This document shows positions 24,004-36,797 of a stretch of DNA of 64,000 nt, piece by piece. The position numbers and the translations under genes were made by a program. Below the pieces are notes generated by a model that did no database searches, had not been told where the DNA came from, and saw nothing but the letters and a program-made list of their open reading frames with translations. The DNA comes from Neoconidiobolus thromboides FSU 785 (Eukaryota; Fungi; Entomophthoromycota). Location of the stretch: assembly GCA_025603075.1 (NCBI GenBank), contig MU626262.1, forward strand, positions 1 through 64,000, in the 5' to 3' direction. Each line of letters begins with the position of its first letter. Positions within the stretch are counted from its first letter, which is position 1.

Positions 24004-25913
24004 ATTTATATCTAATTTATTAATTTATTGAGTTTGAAATTTAAGCTTAACTTGGTATTTTTTGATATTATTAAGTCTTAACGGTTTACCACAATAGAAT
24101 TATGGTAGTTTTAGGTAATCTCTAACAGCTTTATTGTATTTCGTATTAAACTATTTGCAAGAGAATGTTTTTTTATTAAGATTTATTATTGCTTTTAATA
24201 AATATTGCTATATTTGGTAATCCTATATTGAAAACATAAAATATATATAAGATTATATCTAGATATGTTTGGACTTAAAAGTAAAATTGGCAAAATTTTG
24301 AAATAAGTAAAGTAAATTAAATTAGTCAATTAATAAACACTTAACACAATTTGATGACTGACACTATTATAATTCATTACTCGAACAAAAACATACCCAT
24401 GAATAAGCTTTGTATAGAAACCCATATTGAGATTTCCTTTCTAAGTTCATTTTTGCACATTTCTATGTAATAAAGGATGTTGGGCAATTAATTAATAAAT
24501 CTCTTGAACAGAAGAAAATACTGTATCAAAATTTAAATTTAAATACCAGTCTAATACAAATAAACTTTATTGATGAAGCGAATTTAATTACTTTTAGTTT
24601 ACCTTTAGTACCCAGACTAGCAAATTTATAAAAAAGACTATATACATGCTACGATTACATTATATATTCTTAATCAATTGACAATATTTTTTTAAGTATA
24701 TAGGAAATACTAGAAAAAGTTGCTCAATAGTAAATTTAAATATAAAAATGTGATATTGAAAGCAAAAACTTTATTTCAACAATTTCTTTATAAGCAATTT
24801 TATAATGTGTTAGTAGCGTTTAATCAATACTTTCCCAGAAAATATATAATTATTTTGGGGCTCAGTCTAATAAGACTTTAAAAAGTTAATAAATTAAATT
24901 TTAAACAACCAATTCTCCACATCCAAAACTTTGGTAGACCAAAGACAAGTATTTTAGACCAAACGATCATTTAACTAGAATTTTACACATTAAGTTAGAG
25001 TTTTATGTAGTTACTTTTGAAAATTTTGGTTTAGACTAAAAGATATATCATGTCTGCAATTATTAAAAGGATTACAGAAAATGAAAGCTTCGGGTGAGAA
25101 ATATCTTATAATCACTGATTTAATTAAATGTTATTAATATTTTAGTGACAATATGAATGCTTGTAAGCTCAATTGATAGAGTTACAGTTTACTACTATTT
25201 GATACTAATTACTAAATATATTATTTTATGTTTTTATACTACAAACTAATTTAAAAAATAAATATTGTATACTAAAGTCAGATGAAAAATAACAGGGTAA
25301 TAATGAGCTATTAACCTTGTCACTAGTATAGTATAATTATTTTTTGGAAAATGATTTTATTTACCATAAATAGAAATATTAGACACATATCATTTTCATG
25401 ACTATGAAACACTAAATTATGAAAAGATTATAAATTTGAGTTTTAGAAATAATAATAATAAACGAAAAGAGAACTTTAAAGATAAATAAATAAAATAGAA
25501 GATAATGAATGCTAAACAAATGTTAAATAATGATGCTGCAAACAATAGTAAGGAAATAAAATATAATCAAAAAGTTAACTTTGAATAGTCAAAATCAAAC
25601 TTAATTTATTAACGGTTATCAAAATTAAAATTTATACTGTTGATTTCTTCAAATCTGATGAAAAATACACTGCTATATATGTCAATTTAACTCACTTTAA
25701 AAAAGGGGTAAAAAAGTTGCTTTGGACTTATTACGATTAATTCTATTTTTTCAATCTTCCCACCCCCTCATCTCTTTTCACTCTATAACACTCTCATTCT
25801 CTCCCCACAATACTACTATTTAAATATTAAAACATTAAAATTCAAGTCAACCTTTTTATCTTAATATTTTTTGATTTTATATATATATTTAAAAGTAGAA
25901 AACTATTTAACAA

Positions 25914-26543
25914 ATGTCGGATTTAGGCTTATTAAATGTATATCAAGATGAAATGATGGTTCAAATGGAAGAAATTGTCCAAACTGAGATCAAAAGAGCA
26001 GAAAAGAAGTATATAGAAGAAAAAGAAAAGCAAATAAGTTTTAATAAGATGAAAAAGAAAGAAGCTAATAATAACAATAAATCTAAACTACAAGGTATAA
26101 AGTTAAAAAAGAGTATTGAAAAGTTTAAAAACAGGTTCTTATTTTCATCTAATAACCTTCAAAATAACCCAACTTCCACCAAGGATATTGTAGATAGTGA
26201 GGCCGATAATTTGAGTGAAAAGATATTAAAGAATATTGAAAACGCACAATTTGTTTCAAGATCCCCAACTTTGAACAGTGCCAAAAATTATGACAGTAAT
26301 AGCTCAACTACTGATTTAGAAGTTTCAGTACCCTCTGGTTACATACCTAATTTAGAAGATATTTTAAACTTAGATTTCCATTGTCGTCGTATTGGGATTG
26401 AGAACTATTACCTAAATGAACAAAATTCGGTTTTAAACCAAGAGTTAGGTTTGGCCCAAGAATCGTTAGCTTCTTTACGTAAAATATTAATCTCTAAATT
26501 GATGCATTTAGATCATTTAACTTCTTTATTGAATTCTAACTAA
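25914..26543 (+). CDS. Hypothetical protein with N- and C-terminal coiled coils
   Basis: 209-aa intronless ORF with heptad-like ends and a Ser-rich middle; no family recognised. Confidence 0.65.
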   Translation: MSDLGLLNVYQDEMMVQMEEIVQTEIKRAEKKYIEEKEKQISFNKMKKKEANNNNKSKLQGIKLKKSIEKFKNRFLFSSNNLQNNPTSTKDIVDSEADNLSEKILKNIENAQFVSRSPTLNSAKNYDSNSSTTDLEVSVPSGYIPNLEDILNLDFHCRRIGIENYYLNEQNSVLNQELGLAQESLASLRKILISKLMHLDHLTSLLNSN

Positions 26544-26897
26544 GTTCCTTGCTGTTTTACTTCCTTCGCTTTACTCCCTTTAGCTTCTCTCTATCCTATC
26601 ATCCCCTCTCTAAAGATTAATCTGAACAGTTAACAAATTTATACAAACGTGATTTCTACTTTATAATATTACTATTGAAAATGACTTAAATAATAATAAT
26701 AAAGTCTTATTTATTTTTATTTATTGTTTATATTTTCACCTTTCAAGGTTATACGTAAAAGCATTCGTTTCATTAATTTTAATTATTTACAAAAATATTA
26801 ACACATGATAGCCTTAAATGTGTAGTTAGGCTATAGTAATATAATCAATCTATTCGTGGTTTTTATTTTTAGAAAAGAATTTGATTCTACATCAAAG

Positions 26898-27579
26898 CTA
26901 TAGTTCTTTATAACTAGGTATAGGCCCAAATCTATCAAACGGATATACTATAAACGAAACTTTTGAAGTAATTAAACCAAGTGGCACCTTAAATAGCATG
27001 TAAATACAAATCATATTAAAAATAATGAATTTACTGGTCCAAAGGAATTAGAATCATTGGAATGAAATGACTCATCTCCTTCAACCCAACAGTGTCCTTT
27101 TGGTATGTATACTATTTCTGGCGGTTGAATAACATTACTTTCTGCTTTAAATGCTTTTAAACTCCTCTTATCTATCTTTAACGGCGACACCAATTCACCT
27201 TCCAAAGCTTTTATCCTTTTTATTAATAATTTATTTGGGTCTGTTGGAGATCTAAATATCATTACATTATATTTATATTGAGTATATAATTGTAATAATT
27301 TAAGTACTTCAAAGTTATTATATCACCCACTTTGTATTTTCTTTCAAAATTTGAAAGCTTATTTAATATTACTATATCATTTTTAAGTTCATTACTATCT
27401 GGGTTTAAAGTTGGCTAAAACGAGATGATATTTAGCTAAGCCTTAGTATTAGTTAATCTTCTTACCTGCATAGAGCGCCCTTTGACTGTAGAAATAGTAA
27501 ATACGTTTTCATTAAATACCCAAATAACTGGAGACCATAAAAATAGTCTTGTAAAGTACGTTTTTAACTTTTGTTTCAT
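26898..27579 (-). CDS. IMP2: Mitochondrial inner membrane peptidase subunit 2 (spliced)
   Basis: VKGRSMQ|PTLNP (catalytic Ser), FRSPTDPNKLLIKRI (Lys), PKGHCWVEGDE..SNDSNSFGP|VPLGLI. Confidence 0.9.
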
Positions 27580-27866
27580 TACAAATGATTTTATAAATTG
27601 AGAATAAATTCTATGAATTTAAATTCCACTTCATTGAATTTCATAAAATAAAAATCTACCAATTATAGTGATTCATTCATAATTTTGTTTGCCAATTAAA
27701 ATTTCCAGTTGTTTTATTTAAAAATCTAGAAAATAATAGCATAACTAAAAAATATGGTTTAAAAAAGTTAGTAATAAACTTGATTAATGATGTCAGAAAA
27801 AATATAAAGCAATTAAGTTAAAAAAAAATTCTCTTTTAAATTATTAAACTTTTGTCAGACAATAAA

Positions 27867-28676
27867 ATGTTATCTAATTTTCCAATAGACTGGAATCCAA
27901 CTATAATATATATATCAGCTTTAAGCATCTGTTTTAACCCAATATTTTGGAATATAGTAGCACGTAATGAATACAAAAATAAGACTTTAACTAAAATAGT
28001 TGGAAACTCAACTACTGCATGTTATTTTTTAGCATTCACTATCTTCAGTTTGGGATTAATTCGGGACTACCTGTAAATTTAATTACAATATGTTTTACCA
28101 ACATAACTTTAATTTTAATTTTAGCTATAAATTAGCCTTAGAATCTCAACCTATTAATCCAATTTTAGACAATCTCTACATCAAAGCTATCGGAGCGCTA
28201 CTTATTAGTGTAGGAAATATTTTTGTCATCACTTCTACTTATAAACTTGGTATTACTGGTACCTTTTTAGGTAATGATTTTTTTAATTAATTAAGCTTTA
28301 TTTATAATATAATAAAGGGGATTACTTTGGTATCTTAATGGATGCACCTGTTACTAGTTTTCCATTTAATGTTAGTAATAACCCTATGTATCATGGCTCT
28401 TCTTTAATATTCTTGGGTACAGGATTGTGGTAATATATCAGATTTTATTAACATATTTACACTGAATTAAATCATTATTTAAGGTATGCTCGTAGTGTTG
28501 GAATAGTTTTAACTGGGTTGGTAGTATTTATCTATTCTATTGCTACTTCATTTGAAAAGTAAGTTTATTTACATAATATTATAACAGAACATTTATTTAT
28601 TTTAAGCCCATTTACCACAATGATTTATCAAAAACGTGATGAGGAAAGAAAGAAGGATGCTAAAAAAGAAAAATAA
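27867..28676 (+). CDS. OPI3: Phospholipid N-methyltransferase (PEMT type, spliced)
   Basis: [22 protein letters not shown]|[35 protein letters not shown]. Confidence 0.92.
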
Positions 28677-28802
28677 AGTTCGACTTTTTTTATTTACAGA
28701 ATAAAATATAGTATATCGTTTTATTAATTATGTGTTATTTAATAATGTATCATTGTAAATAATTTTTTGTATGTAAGCTTTAGCGCATCGATTCGAGCGT
28801 TA

Positions 28803-30176
28803 TCATGGAAATAAAAATAGAGGATGATTAGAATATTTGACTAACTTGTATCTATCGTGCTTTGGAATTATAATTAACTTTATGCTTTTAAAAGATTTCA
28901 ATATATTATCAAGGAAGATATCTAAATTGGAGCTCCAAAAATACCTAAATATTACATTAGTTAAATTGGAGCTCCTTACTATCTTATGATTTGAAAATGG
29001 TATATCAATATCAAACCGGCATCCGGATATGTCAAGGGTATACAAATTGGGACATGACATATATATAAAATTTAAAAAATCGACCCCTAAGGTAGTACTA
29101 TTAACTTTTAATGTTATTATATTGTTGCTTTTTTTTGGATAAATTTCCCTAATTAAAAATAATGGATTGTGATGTGTTAACATATCAAAATAGGTGATTG
29201 TTGGGATGCTAAATATTGAATATAAATGTTTGGATAAGACATTTTTGCAATATTTTAGTGTTAGTTGATTTAGATTTGGGAATATACCTTTGCTTATATC
29301 TTGGTCAATTAAATTACAACCATACAGCGTTAGCTTCTTTAAATTTGATATACCGTTAAATATCAATTTAGAATACTTTAAAATATAAAGCTCTTCAAGC
29401 TTTGGATAATTGTTTAAATCCATACGTATTTCTTTTAAACCTTGCACACCTACATATTCAATATGAAGTTGTTTTAGTTCCGCGAAATGTTTACTTAATA
29501 GCAAGTTAAAGTTGTTTAATGCAATATTACTATTAGTTAACTTGAGTTTCTTTAAATTATTTAATTTATCCAATAAGTCCCAGAAACATACGAAGTCTAT
29601 ATAATGAATATACTGCAGTGTTATTGAAGTAATGGTTGATGGTAAATAAGGTACTATGGACACTACAAAATAACCATCTGGAGAAATGACTTCTAAGTAC
29701 TTTAAATTTTGAAATATTTCTTTGGTACAATTACCACTATCAGAAAAGTAATCACCAATCTCCATGTTATTGGTCTGCTTAGTGTAATAAAGGCCGACTA
29801 ATGGGATGTCCCCAAAGTGTTCTTCATGCCTCAAATAGCCATCTAAAGGCAAATAAAGCTCCATGCAATTTGGATAGATCAACTTGTAAATTGATGCTTC
29901 TGAAAAAATTCTGAGATTTAATTGTTTAATATGTTGACCATATTTTTTGAAGCTCTTATTTATCGCTTTTTCATACCCATAAATAAAACTATGAACCATA
30001 CACTCCCATAGTATTGGATTTATTATATTTTTCCACTTTTTACAGCAGGTAAGTAGATTGACTTTATCTTTAACTGAGAGATGGTATAAAATTTCTCTAG
30101 TTGCTTTTTCTCCGAGGTTCTCAAGTTTGAAACTACTGCCCATATCCAAATCAAACAAAGTGGTAAGCCCAGTCAA
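28803..30176 (-). CDS. Intronless F-box-like / LRR protein
   Basis: 457-aa ORF (true start may be Met at 30143) with ILYHLSVKDKVNLLTCCKKW..PILW F-box and LRRs; paralogue of 800..2137. Confidence 0.85.
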   Translation of the reverse strand: MTGLTTLFDLDMGSSFKLENLGEKATREILYHLSVKDKVNLLTCCKKWKNIINPILWECMVHSFIYGYEKAINKSFKKYGQHIKQLNLRIFSEASIYKLIYPNCMELYLPLDGYLRHEEHFGDIPLVGLYYTKQTNNMEIGDYFSDSGNCTKEIFQNLKYLEVISPDGYFVVSIVPYLPSTITSITLQYIHYIDFVCFWDLLDKLNNLKKLKLTNSNIALNNFNLLLSKHFAELKQLHIEYVGVQGLKEIRMDLNNYPKLEELYILKYSKLIFNGISNLKKLTLYGCNLIDQDISKGIFPNLNQLTLKYCKNVLSKHLYSIFSIPTITYFDMLTHHNPLFLIREIYPKKSNNIITLKVNSTTLGVDFLNFIYMSCPNLYTLDISGCRFDIDIPFSNHKIVRSSNLTNVIFRYFWSSNLDIFLDNILKSFKSIKLIIIPKHDRYKLVKYSNHPLFLFP

Positions 30177-30660
30177 TTGTTTAGTATACTTATGCTTGAT
30201 TTACTTCAATATTTTCTTAAATCAAAATATAAGTTTGAGAACTAAATGCTAGTAAATTTGTGTTAACAAATTAGAAAAGCGAGTTCCATTTTGAGTTTTG
30301 TATTTTCAGTGTAGGATTTCTGCTTGAATAATTTAGTTATTAGCTAAGCTAAATTTTAAACATTAATATGAGTGTGCTTTTTTGCCAGAACTTTAGCGAT
30401 TAATTTTTAAATTTCATATTTAAAAAGTGAGCAACTAGTTGAAAAGAATAGTCATGTGTTAATTTGTTACGAATGCTTAATATGTACATTATATAATTCA
30501 AGGATTTTATCTCGAATTTAAATAGGCTTTTGAATTTATGCATACGCTACTTGACTAATTTGAATGTTTTTAGAAATTAAGCAAATCAGAATTTGCTCTC
30601 AGTACATTGATGATAACATTTATCATCAACAATAGCTTTATTTTCAAAACTCTTGTTACA

Positions 30661-30767
30661 ATATGGGGATGTATTTTTATGTTTAAGAATTTACTAACAA
30701 TTTTTCCACTCAAATAGCACTTAAAAGATAGAAAAAGCGGTAGAACCAAAAAAAAACACTCCTATAT
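30661..30767 (-). mobile_element. MITE-like element, copy M8
   Basis: ATATGGGGATG...ACACTCCTATAT; reverse orientation of the core. Confidence 0.88.
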
Positions 30768-31266
30768 TTTTATCTTTTTTCGAAGCTTTATGACCTCCAA
30801 GTACCTTATTCGACAAAATATAGAAGTGCAAGAAGTCGTAAATGTTGTGGAATTATAGCGTTAATGCTGGGTTTGAGGCTTTTCATTTTACTACCATTAA
30901 AATATTAATCAAATATTCCAAGTATATTTTGAATGGTAAACTGCAACATTATGGATAAAAATGTGAGTGATTTGGATGATGTTTTTAAAATATTTTAATA
31001 CTAAACATTTAGAAGATCAAGGTGTAGTATTTAATTACTCTGTATCAACCTAAGCTCCTCTTCAAAGTTGTAAAACTCTCCTTTAATACTCTAAAAATAT
31101 TTGAAATTTTGTTCACTTAAAAAAATCTTAATTGTGTAACTTTTTTATATCAATTTTCTTAAATAATAAGTGTGATATATCCTATTTAACTATTGTATCT
31201 AGAAACTAAACTTTAAATCAATATAAAATATATCTAATATTCTTTATTTAAAGCATTATTAAAAGG

Positions 31267-32631
31267 CTAATAGCTCTCTGGCCTGGTATTACAGAAAGCA
31301 ATATGAGGATATACAGTATATTTAGCTAATACATACTTCTCATGTCTTGGAATTGGAATTGGAATTGAATTTGTCCGTTTGAAGTGCCCTAGTATGTAAT
31401 CTATAAAGTATGTGGAATTTTTAGAAGATCGTTTATTAAGGAATAACACATTAGTCAAATAAGGGTCATTTATTATTCTATTGTTTGAAAATGGTATATG
31501 GGTGTCAAAATTACAGACCACCACTTCTAGGTTGCATAAATTGGGGGATGAAGTATATAAAAAGCTCAGAAAATCAACTCCTAAAGTGGGCTTTCAAACT
31601 GATAACGTTATTATGCTATTCCTTTTTTGGGGGTAGATCTCTTTAATCAAAAACGATAAATTATGTATTGACAAATTCAAGTAAATGATTGTTGATATAT
31701 TGGATATTGGATATAACTATTGAGACAAAACAGTATACCAAGTCTTTAAAGATAATTGATTTAGTTTTGGGAGCATTACTGTTTGCAACTTGATTCATTA
31801 AATTGCAGGCGATTAATGTTAATTCTTTCAAGTTTGATACACTATTAAGTTTTAATTTCGAATAAGCAGAAATTGCGAACGATTCAAGCTTTGAGTAGTT
31901 GTTTAAATCTACAATTATTTCTTTTAAGCCTCTTGCTGATACAGAACTAAAACAGAAGTCCTCTAAGTATGGAAACTGTCTACTCATTAAAAAAGTATAA
32001 TCTTTTAAGTTCGTATAAACTGAGGTTAGTTTGGGCACTTTTAAGTTGTCAAATTTATTTAATACCTGCTCTAAACATGAAATTGGACTGTAAATACTAT
32101 TGTTTGAAACTATCAATGAAGAAATGCTTGGTGGTAGGTGGGGAATAGTTGATATTACAAAATAAACATTTAAATCACCAACTTCCAAATCCCTTAAATC
32201 TTGAAGAATCCCCTTGACACGAATTTTATGAATAGGAATACATTCCTCAATTGGTATACTATCAATTCAAGTACTATAGTAAAGACACACTAATATCATA
32301 TGTTCAAAATATTCTCTATTTTTTAGGTAATCATTTAAGGATGAGCAGAGGTTCTTACTATGTGATAGCTTGATAAATTAATTGGCATATTTAAATGGTC
32401 TCCAAGGTCTAAATATTTGATATGGTGACCATATTTTCGAAAGCCGTTATACATCCCCATATTATAGTGTTGATTACACCTTGGAGTTATGTCTTCCTAT
32501 AGTATTGGCATAACCACTTTGTTCCATGCTCTGCACCATAAGAGTATATCAATTTTTTCTTTACCTGAGAGATGATGTAGAACCTTTTTAATTACTTTTC
32601 TTCCAAGGCTCTCAAGCTTAAGGTTATTCAT
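31267..32631 (-). pseudogene. F-box/LRR pseudogene
   Basis: ATG 32631 MNNLKLESLGRK..HHLSGKEKIDILLWCRAWNKVVMPIL* has TAG (32497-32499) where paralogues have Trp; downstream pieces (ORF-track 31661..32188 and 31267..31524) are frameshifted. Confidence 0.85.
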
Positions 32632-32949
32632 TTTTATGTGAATTCAAAGTGAAATAAGAGTTTCTTTATCCTCAATCTATATAAAGCTCAACCCAACTTG
32701 ATGTTTCCACATACTAAAACAGTAAATTACAAATCTAATTTTAGTAAGTGTGACTTTCGTTAAACAAAGTTCAATCTTTTGTGAGGTTTACTACAATTAT
32801 ACTCAATTTATACATTCTGACAGTGCAAAATTATTTTTCATTACTTTTCAAAAAATATTTAGAAACTCCAAAAAACTACAATTTATCTTACCAATCAACT
32901 TTATCTCTTGTTAAATTAAACAAAATAAAGTAGACTTTTTTTATCGAAA

Positions 32950-33804
32950 ATGGCAAAGAATCAAGTGAAAAAGGTAAATAGTAGACGAGTATAAAATAAA
33001 CATAGCTAATTGAACTTATATAAGAAAGCAAACAATAAAAATAAAATCGACCTTAAAAAAATAGTAAAAAAGGATGAAAAGGAGGTAAAAACTACTACAA
33101 AAGTACAACAAGAACCAACGATAAAAAAGGTAAAATTAACCCCACTTCAAGAGAAAATGCAAAAGAAATTAAAAGGCGCAAAATTCCGTATGTTAAATGA
33201 AATGTTATATACAACTCGAGGAGAAGAAGCGTATAAAAAATTTCAAAAGGATCCAACTTTGTTTAATGATTACCATGAAGGTTTTAGATCCCAAGTAGAA
33301 AGTTGGCCAAAAAATCCAGTAGATATTTTTATTTCTCAAATTAATCAATGTAAACCAAATACGGTAATTGCAGATATGGGATGTGGTGAAGCTGAGTTAT
33401 CATTGAAAGCACCAAACCATGTTAAAGTTCATTCGTTCGACCTTGTTGCTGCCAACCCTAGGATTACTGCTTGTGATATTACAAATACACCTTTAAAGGA
33501 TTCATCAGTAGATATTGTTATATTTTCACTTTCATTAATGGGAACAAATTATGGGCAATTTTTAAAGGAAGCAAATAGAATATTAAAACCAAAAGGTACT
33601 ATCAAAATTGCAGAAGTAATATCTAGATTTGAAAGTATACCAAAATTTACTACTTTTATGAGAGAGTTTGGTTATAAAATGACATTTAAAGATGAAAGCA
33701 ACAAAATGTTTGTTTTGATGGATTTTGTCAAATTAAACAAGGACATTGGAACCGATTCCATTGAAGCTCCAACTCTCAAACCATGTATCTATAAAAGACG
33801 TTAA
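32950..33804 (+). CDS. RRP8: rRNA methyltransferase Rrp8 (1 intron, 32974-33024)
   Basis: LKGAKFRMLNEMLYT, YHEGFRSQVESWPKNPVD, ADMGCGEA, FSLSLMGTNY, PCIYKRR*. Confidence 0.95.
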
Positions 33805-34108
33805 TACAATTTTGCCAAATCAAAGGACAATGCCCAATAGCAATATTATGAAACAAGAAAAAATAAACTTGATACTCATATTGATCTAAGTAACTATTTT
33901 TGTAGTAGCTTATTTCAATAACTTTATTATATAAAATAGAATAAACGACAGCTTTTGTAAAAATAAAAGTTTAATAATATAAGTTGTAAATCATTTTTAG
34001 TAATTAAATAGCTTATATTTTAATGTATATGTGTATGTGAGCCATAATTTTGTAGTACTGGCTCAAGTGAATAAAATTCAAATGAATTAAATTACATAAT
34101 TATAGTAA

Positions 34109-35122
34109 TCAAGTAAATAAAATGGGCCACAAAGTTAGATGAGTATCAAAGTAAGTGTATGAAAACGTAAATATGATTAGCATCCTCACTATCCAACCAG
34201 ATAAAATGATTATAAAGGGAAATAAATACTTAGTTTCTAAAAATGCTATATACAAAATCAACGATGGTATAAAATTAAATGATTTAAGTACCTTTTAACG
34301 CTTCAACATTAGAAGTAAAAGTTAATAATGCTAATAACCATGAATATTGCAACCCGTGATAATCCCATATTGCCATTGCTACTAACAATAGTTTACCAAA
34401 ATTGGATATTATTAAAGCAAGCGAGACATAATTATACCTTGAAATTATAAATATGAAATTATTAAAAACAAATTATTTTACTTAAATATAGCAAATTTGT
34501 ATCCATAAAAGCATTGTACTAAAAATCGAATAACTATATGGTATAAAAATTGCTCTATTAAAGTAACAACAATAAGTCAAATTATAAACAAAATGCGATA
34601 AAATTACCTATCAAAGAAAATATGGATATGTGGAAGTATTGGATTAATGGTGGCAAATTTAACCATGTACACGAAGTACTTTCGAATATCCTTTCTATCT
34701 GAAACCATTTTATATCTTCAATTATAAATTAATAAACATAAAGTTTAACTGTTAGATAGATTACATATATCAAACAATATGATTAAAACTTCCAACCTTT
34801 TAATTGAAGACTAAAAAATTTAATACAAATCTTAAGACAAAAAATAATATTACTGGTAAACCAACGTCACAATACTCAATCCTATTGAAGATCAAATGTC
34901 GATAAACTTGAGGTTTATGTAAAACCATATCAATTACTAAAATAACTAAATCATGTTCGATATATTTATCAGCAAACCTATGGCATCGAGTCTTTTTTGA
35001 TTTATTAGCTTTTTATTTAAAATAATATCTGGATTTACACATTTAGTCAATACTACATTTCCTTTTCCATATTCTATATATAATCTATTGACCCCATATC
35101 CACACTCAATACATGCTGGCAT
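34109..35122 (-). CDS. ARV1: Arv1 lipid-homeostasis protein (spliced; missed by the ORF track)
   Basis: MPACIECGYGVNRLYIEYGKGNVVLTKC|TRCHRFADKYIEHD..LHKPQVYRHLIFN zinc motif; later ISNFGKLLLVAMAIWDY. Confidence 0.92.
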
Positions 35123-35740
35123 TTTAGATTAATATAAACATTTCATTTCTTTATGACTTAAATTTCTTTTTGAAAGTATACTTTTGCATAGATTTTGCAA
35201 ACTATTATTGGATTAAAATTAAGTTTTTCTTTAAAGCTTGAGCTACCATGCTGAAAGGTTGATGTGAATTTGTATAACAAAATAGAAAAGCAGTAAATTT
35301 GGTGATTATAAAAATCACCATATAAACTTTAGTTTTAATAAATGCAAATTAAAGATCAAAGGAACCTCTATAGTTGACTTCTAGAAAAGCCTAAAAGTGG
35401 GGGATCATTCTCATTACAAACGAGGGTTAACTTAGGTTTGGTTAAAGAGAAATTCATTCCAAAAAAAGATATCTAAAAAAATAGAATTCTCGGCTCCATA
35501 CCAAAAAGCGTTATCCAATTTATATAAAGGATTTTAACATCAATCAAATTTCACATAGTAAATAAAAATACTACATATAGAATATACTTGTTATGAAATT
35601 TTTATTTAGAACTTTTATCCCTAGAAGTTATATTTAACATTTTAAAATTGATAAAAGAGCAAAAGTGGTTTAAAAGCAGTAACTGGTAAGGTTCCATTCA
35701 ATCATATACTAACTCAGATGATTCAATGTGAAAAGTATAT

Positions 35741-35847
35741 ACATGTAGATGTATTTTTTTATTTAGGGATTTTACTGATAATAGCCTTTCCACACAAATA
35801 GTACTTAAAGAATGGAAAAACCAATAAAACCAAAAACACCCCCATAT
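35741..35847 (-). mobile_element. MITE-like element, copy M9 (degenerate)
   Basis: GATGTATTTT...CCAAAAACACCCCCATAT. Confidence 0.75.
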
Positions 35848-35927
35848 GCCAAAATCCTTTTTTTAAAAAACACTTCTATTTTATCACTTGACAACTCTAT
35901 ATTATATATCAGTAATATACTATTAAT

Positions 35928-36290
35928 ATGTTTGATGAGAAGGTTGATAAACTTTTAAATCAAAATGGAATCCAAATTAGGATTTGCTTAGATAGCTATT
36001 ACTGTTACAGTGATAAAGTGGTTACTGATCTAGTTAGAAACAACCTTGAAATTATTTTCATTATACTTGTAATGAGAATCACTATGAACTTTTTAAAGTA
36101 TATGAAACCCAAACCCTGATTTAGAATACAACCCCAATTTAATCATTAATAAAAAGGTGTGAAATCTGGTACTCAGGGTTTGGAGTCAAGAACAGCTATT
36201 GCTGGGTTGACTACACTATAAGTCGAAAGGTCTTAGTTTATGTGACTAAGATAGACTTGGATTATCAGGAATAGCACGTAATAGGTTACA
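35928..36290 (+). pseudogene. Relic of the Cys-repeat GPI-protein family found at 61-63 kb
   Basis: LLNQ..ICLDSYYCYSD..DLVRNNLE then frameshifted HYTCNENHYELFK aligns with FFNQ..ACIDSYCCFGD..DIVTNNLENFFYSICNESYCKVFK of 61151..61804; a second SYCWVDYTIS repeat follows. Confidence 0.65.
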
Positions 36291-36618
36291 AGCTATATAA
36301 GACAAATAGAATAGACAATACTAATGTAAAATCTATGTAAAATACTATTAAGAAAACTTAGTGGCTTTATTAAATGTTCGAGATATCAGGAAATAATTCA
36401 GTTAAAAGCCTCGAACTATTATACTCTGTAAACTCTTTTATACTCTGAAAAGTATAAATATCAAAATGAGAGGATAATATTCTTTTGGATGGAGCTAGAA
36501 ATTCTCATAACAAATCAAAATAAGAACATGGGATTGATTTCCTCTGAGCTCGAGAACACAACAGCTTAGGCGATTGTTATGTTATAATTAACCATGGGAC
36601 TGACAAAGCGATATTTCA

Positions 36619-36725
36619 CAATGGGGATGTATTTTTATGTTTAAGAATTTCACTAACAATTTTTCCGCTTAAATAGTGCTTAAAAGATACAAAAAGTAAT
36701 GAGTCCAAAAAAAACATCCCCATAT
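36619..36725 (-). mobile_element. MITE-like element, copy M10
   Basis: ATGGGGATGTATTTTT...AAAACATCCCCATAT. Confidence 0.88.
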
Positions 36726-36797
36726 AATCAACTTTGATAAAAAATCAATTATTTCTTTAATCAAAATTACTTTAAATCTATAATATGTAATTTTAAC

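Noticed and set aside
31013-31030. AAGATCAAGGTGTAGTAT, resembling the U2 snRNA branch-pairing region
   Set aside because: Only ~18 nt with an insertion; flanks do not match U2 stem I or stem IIa.
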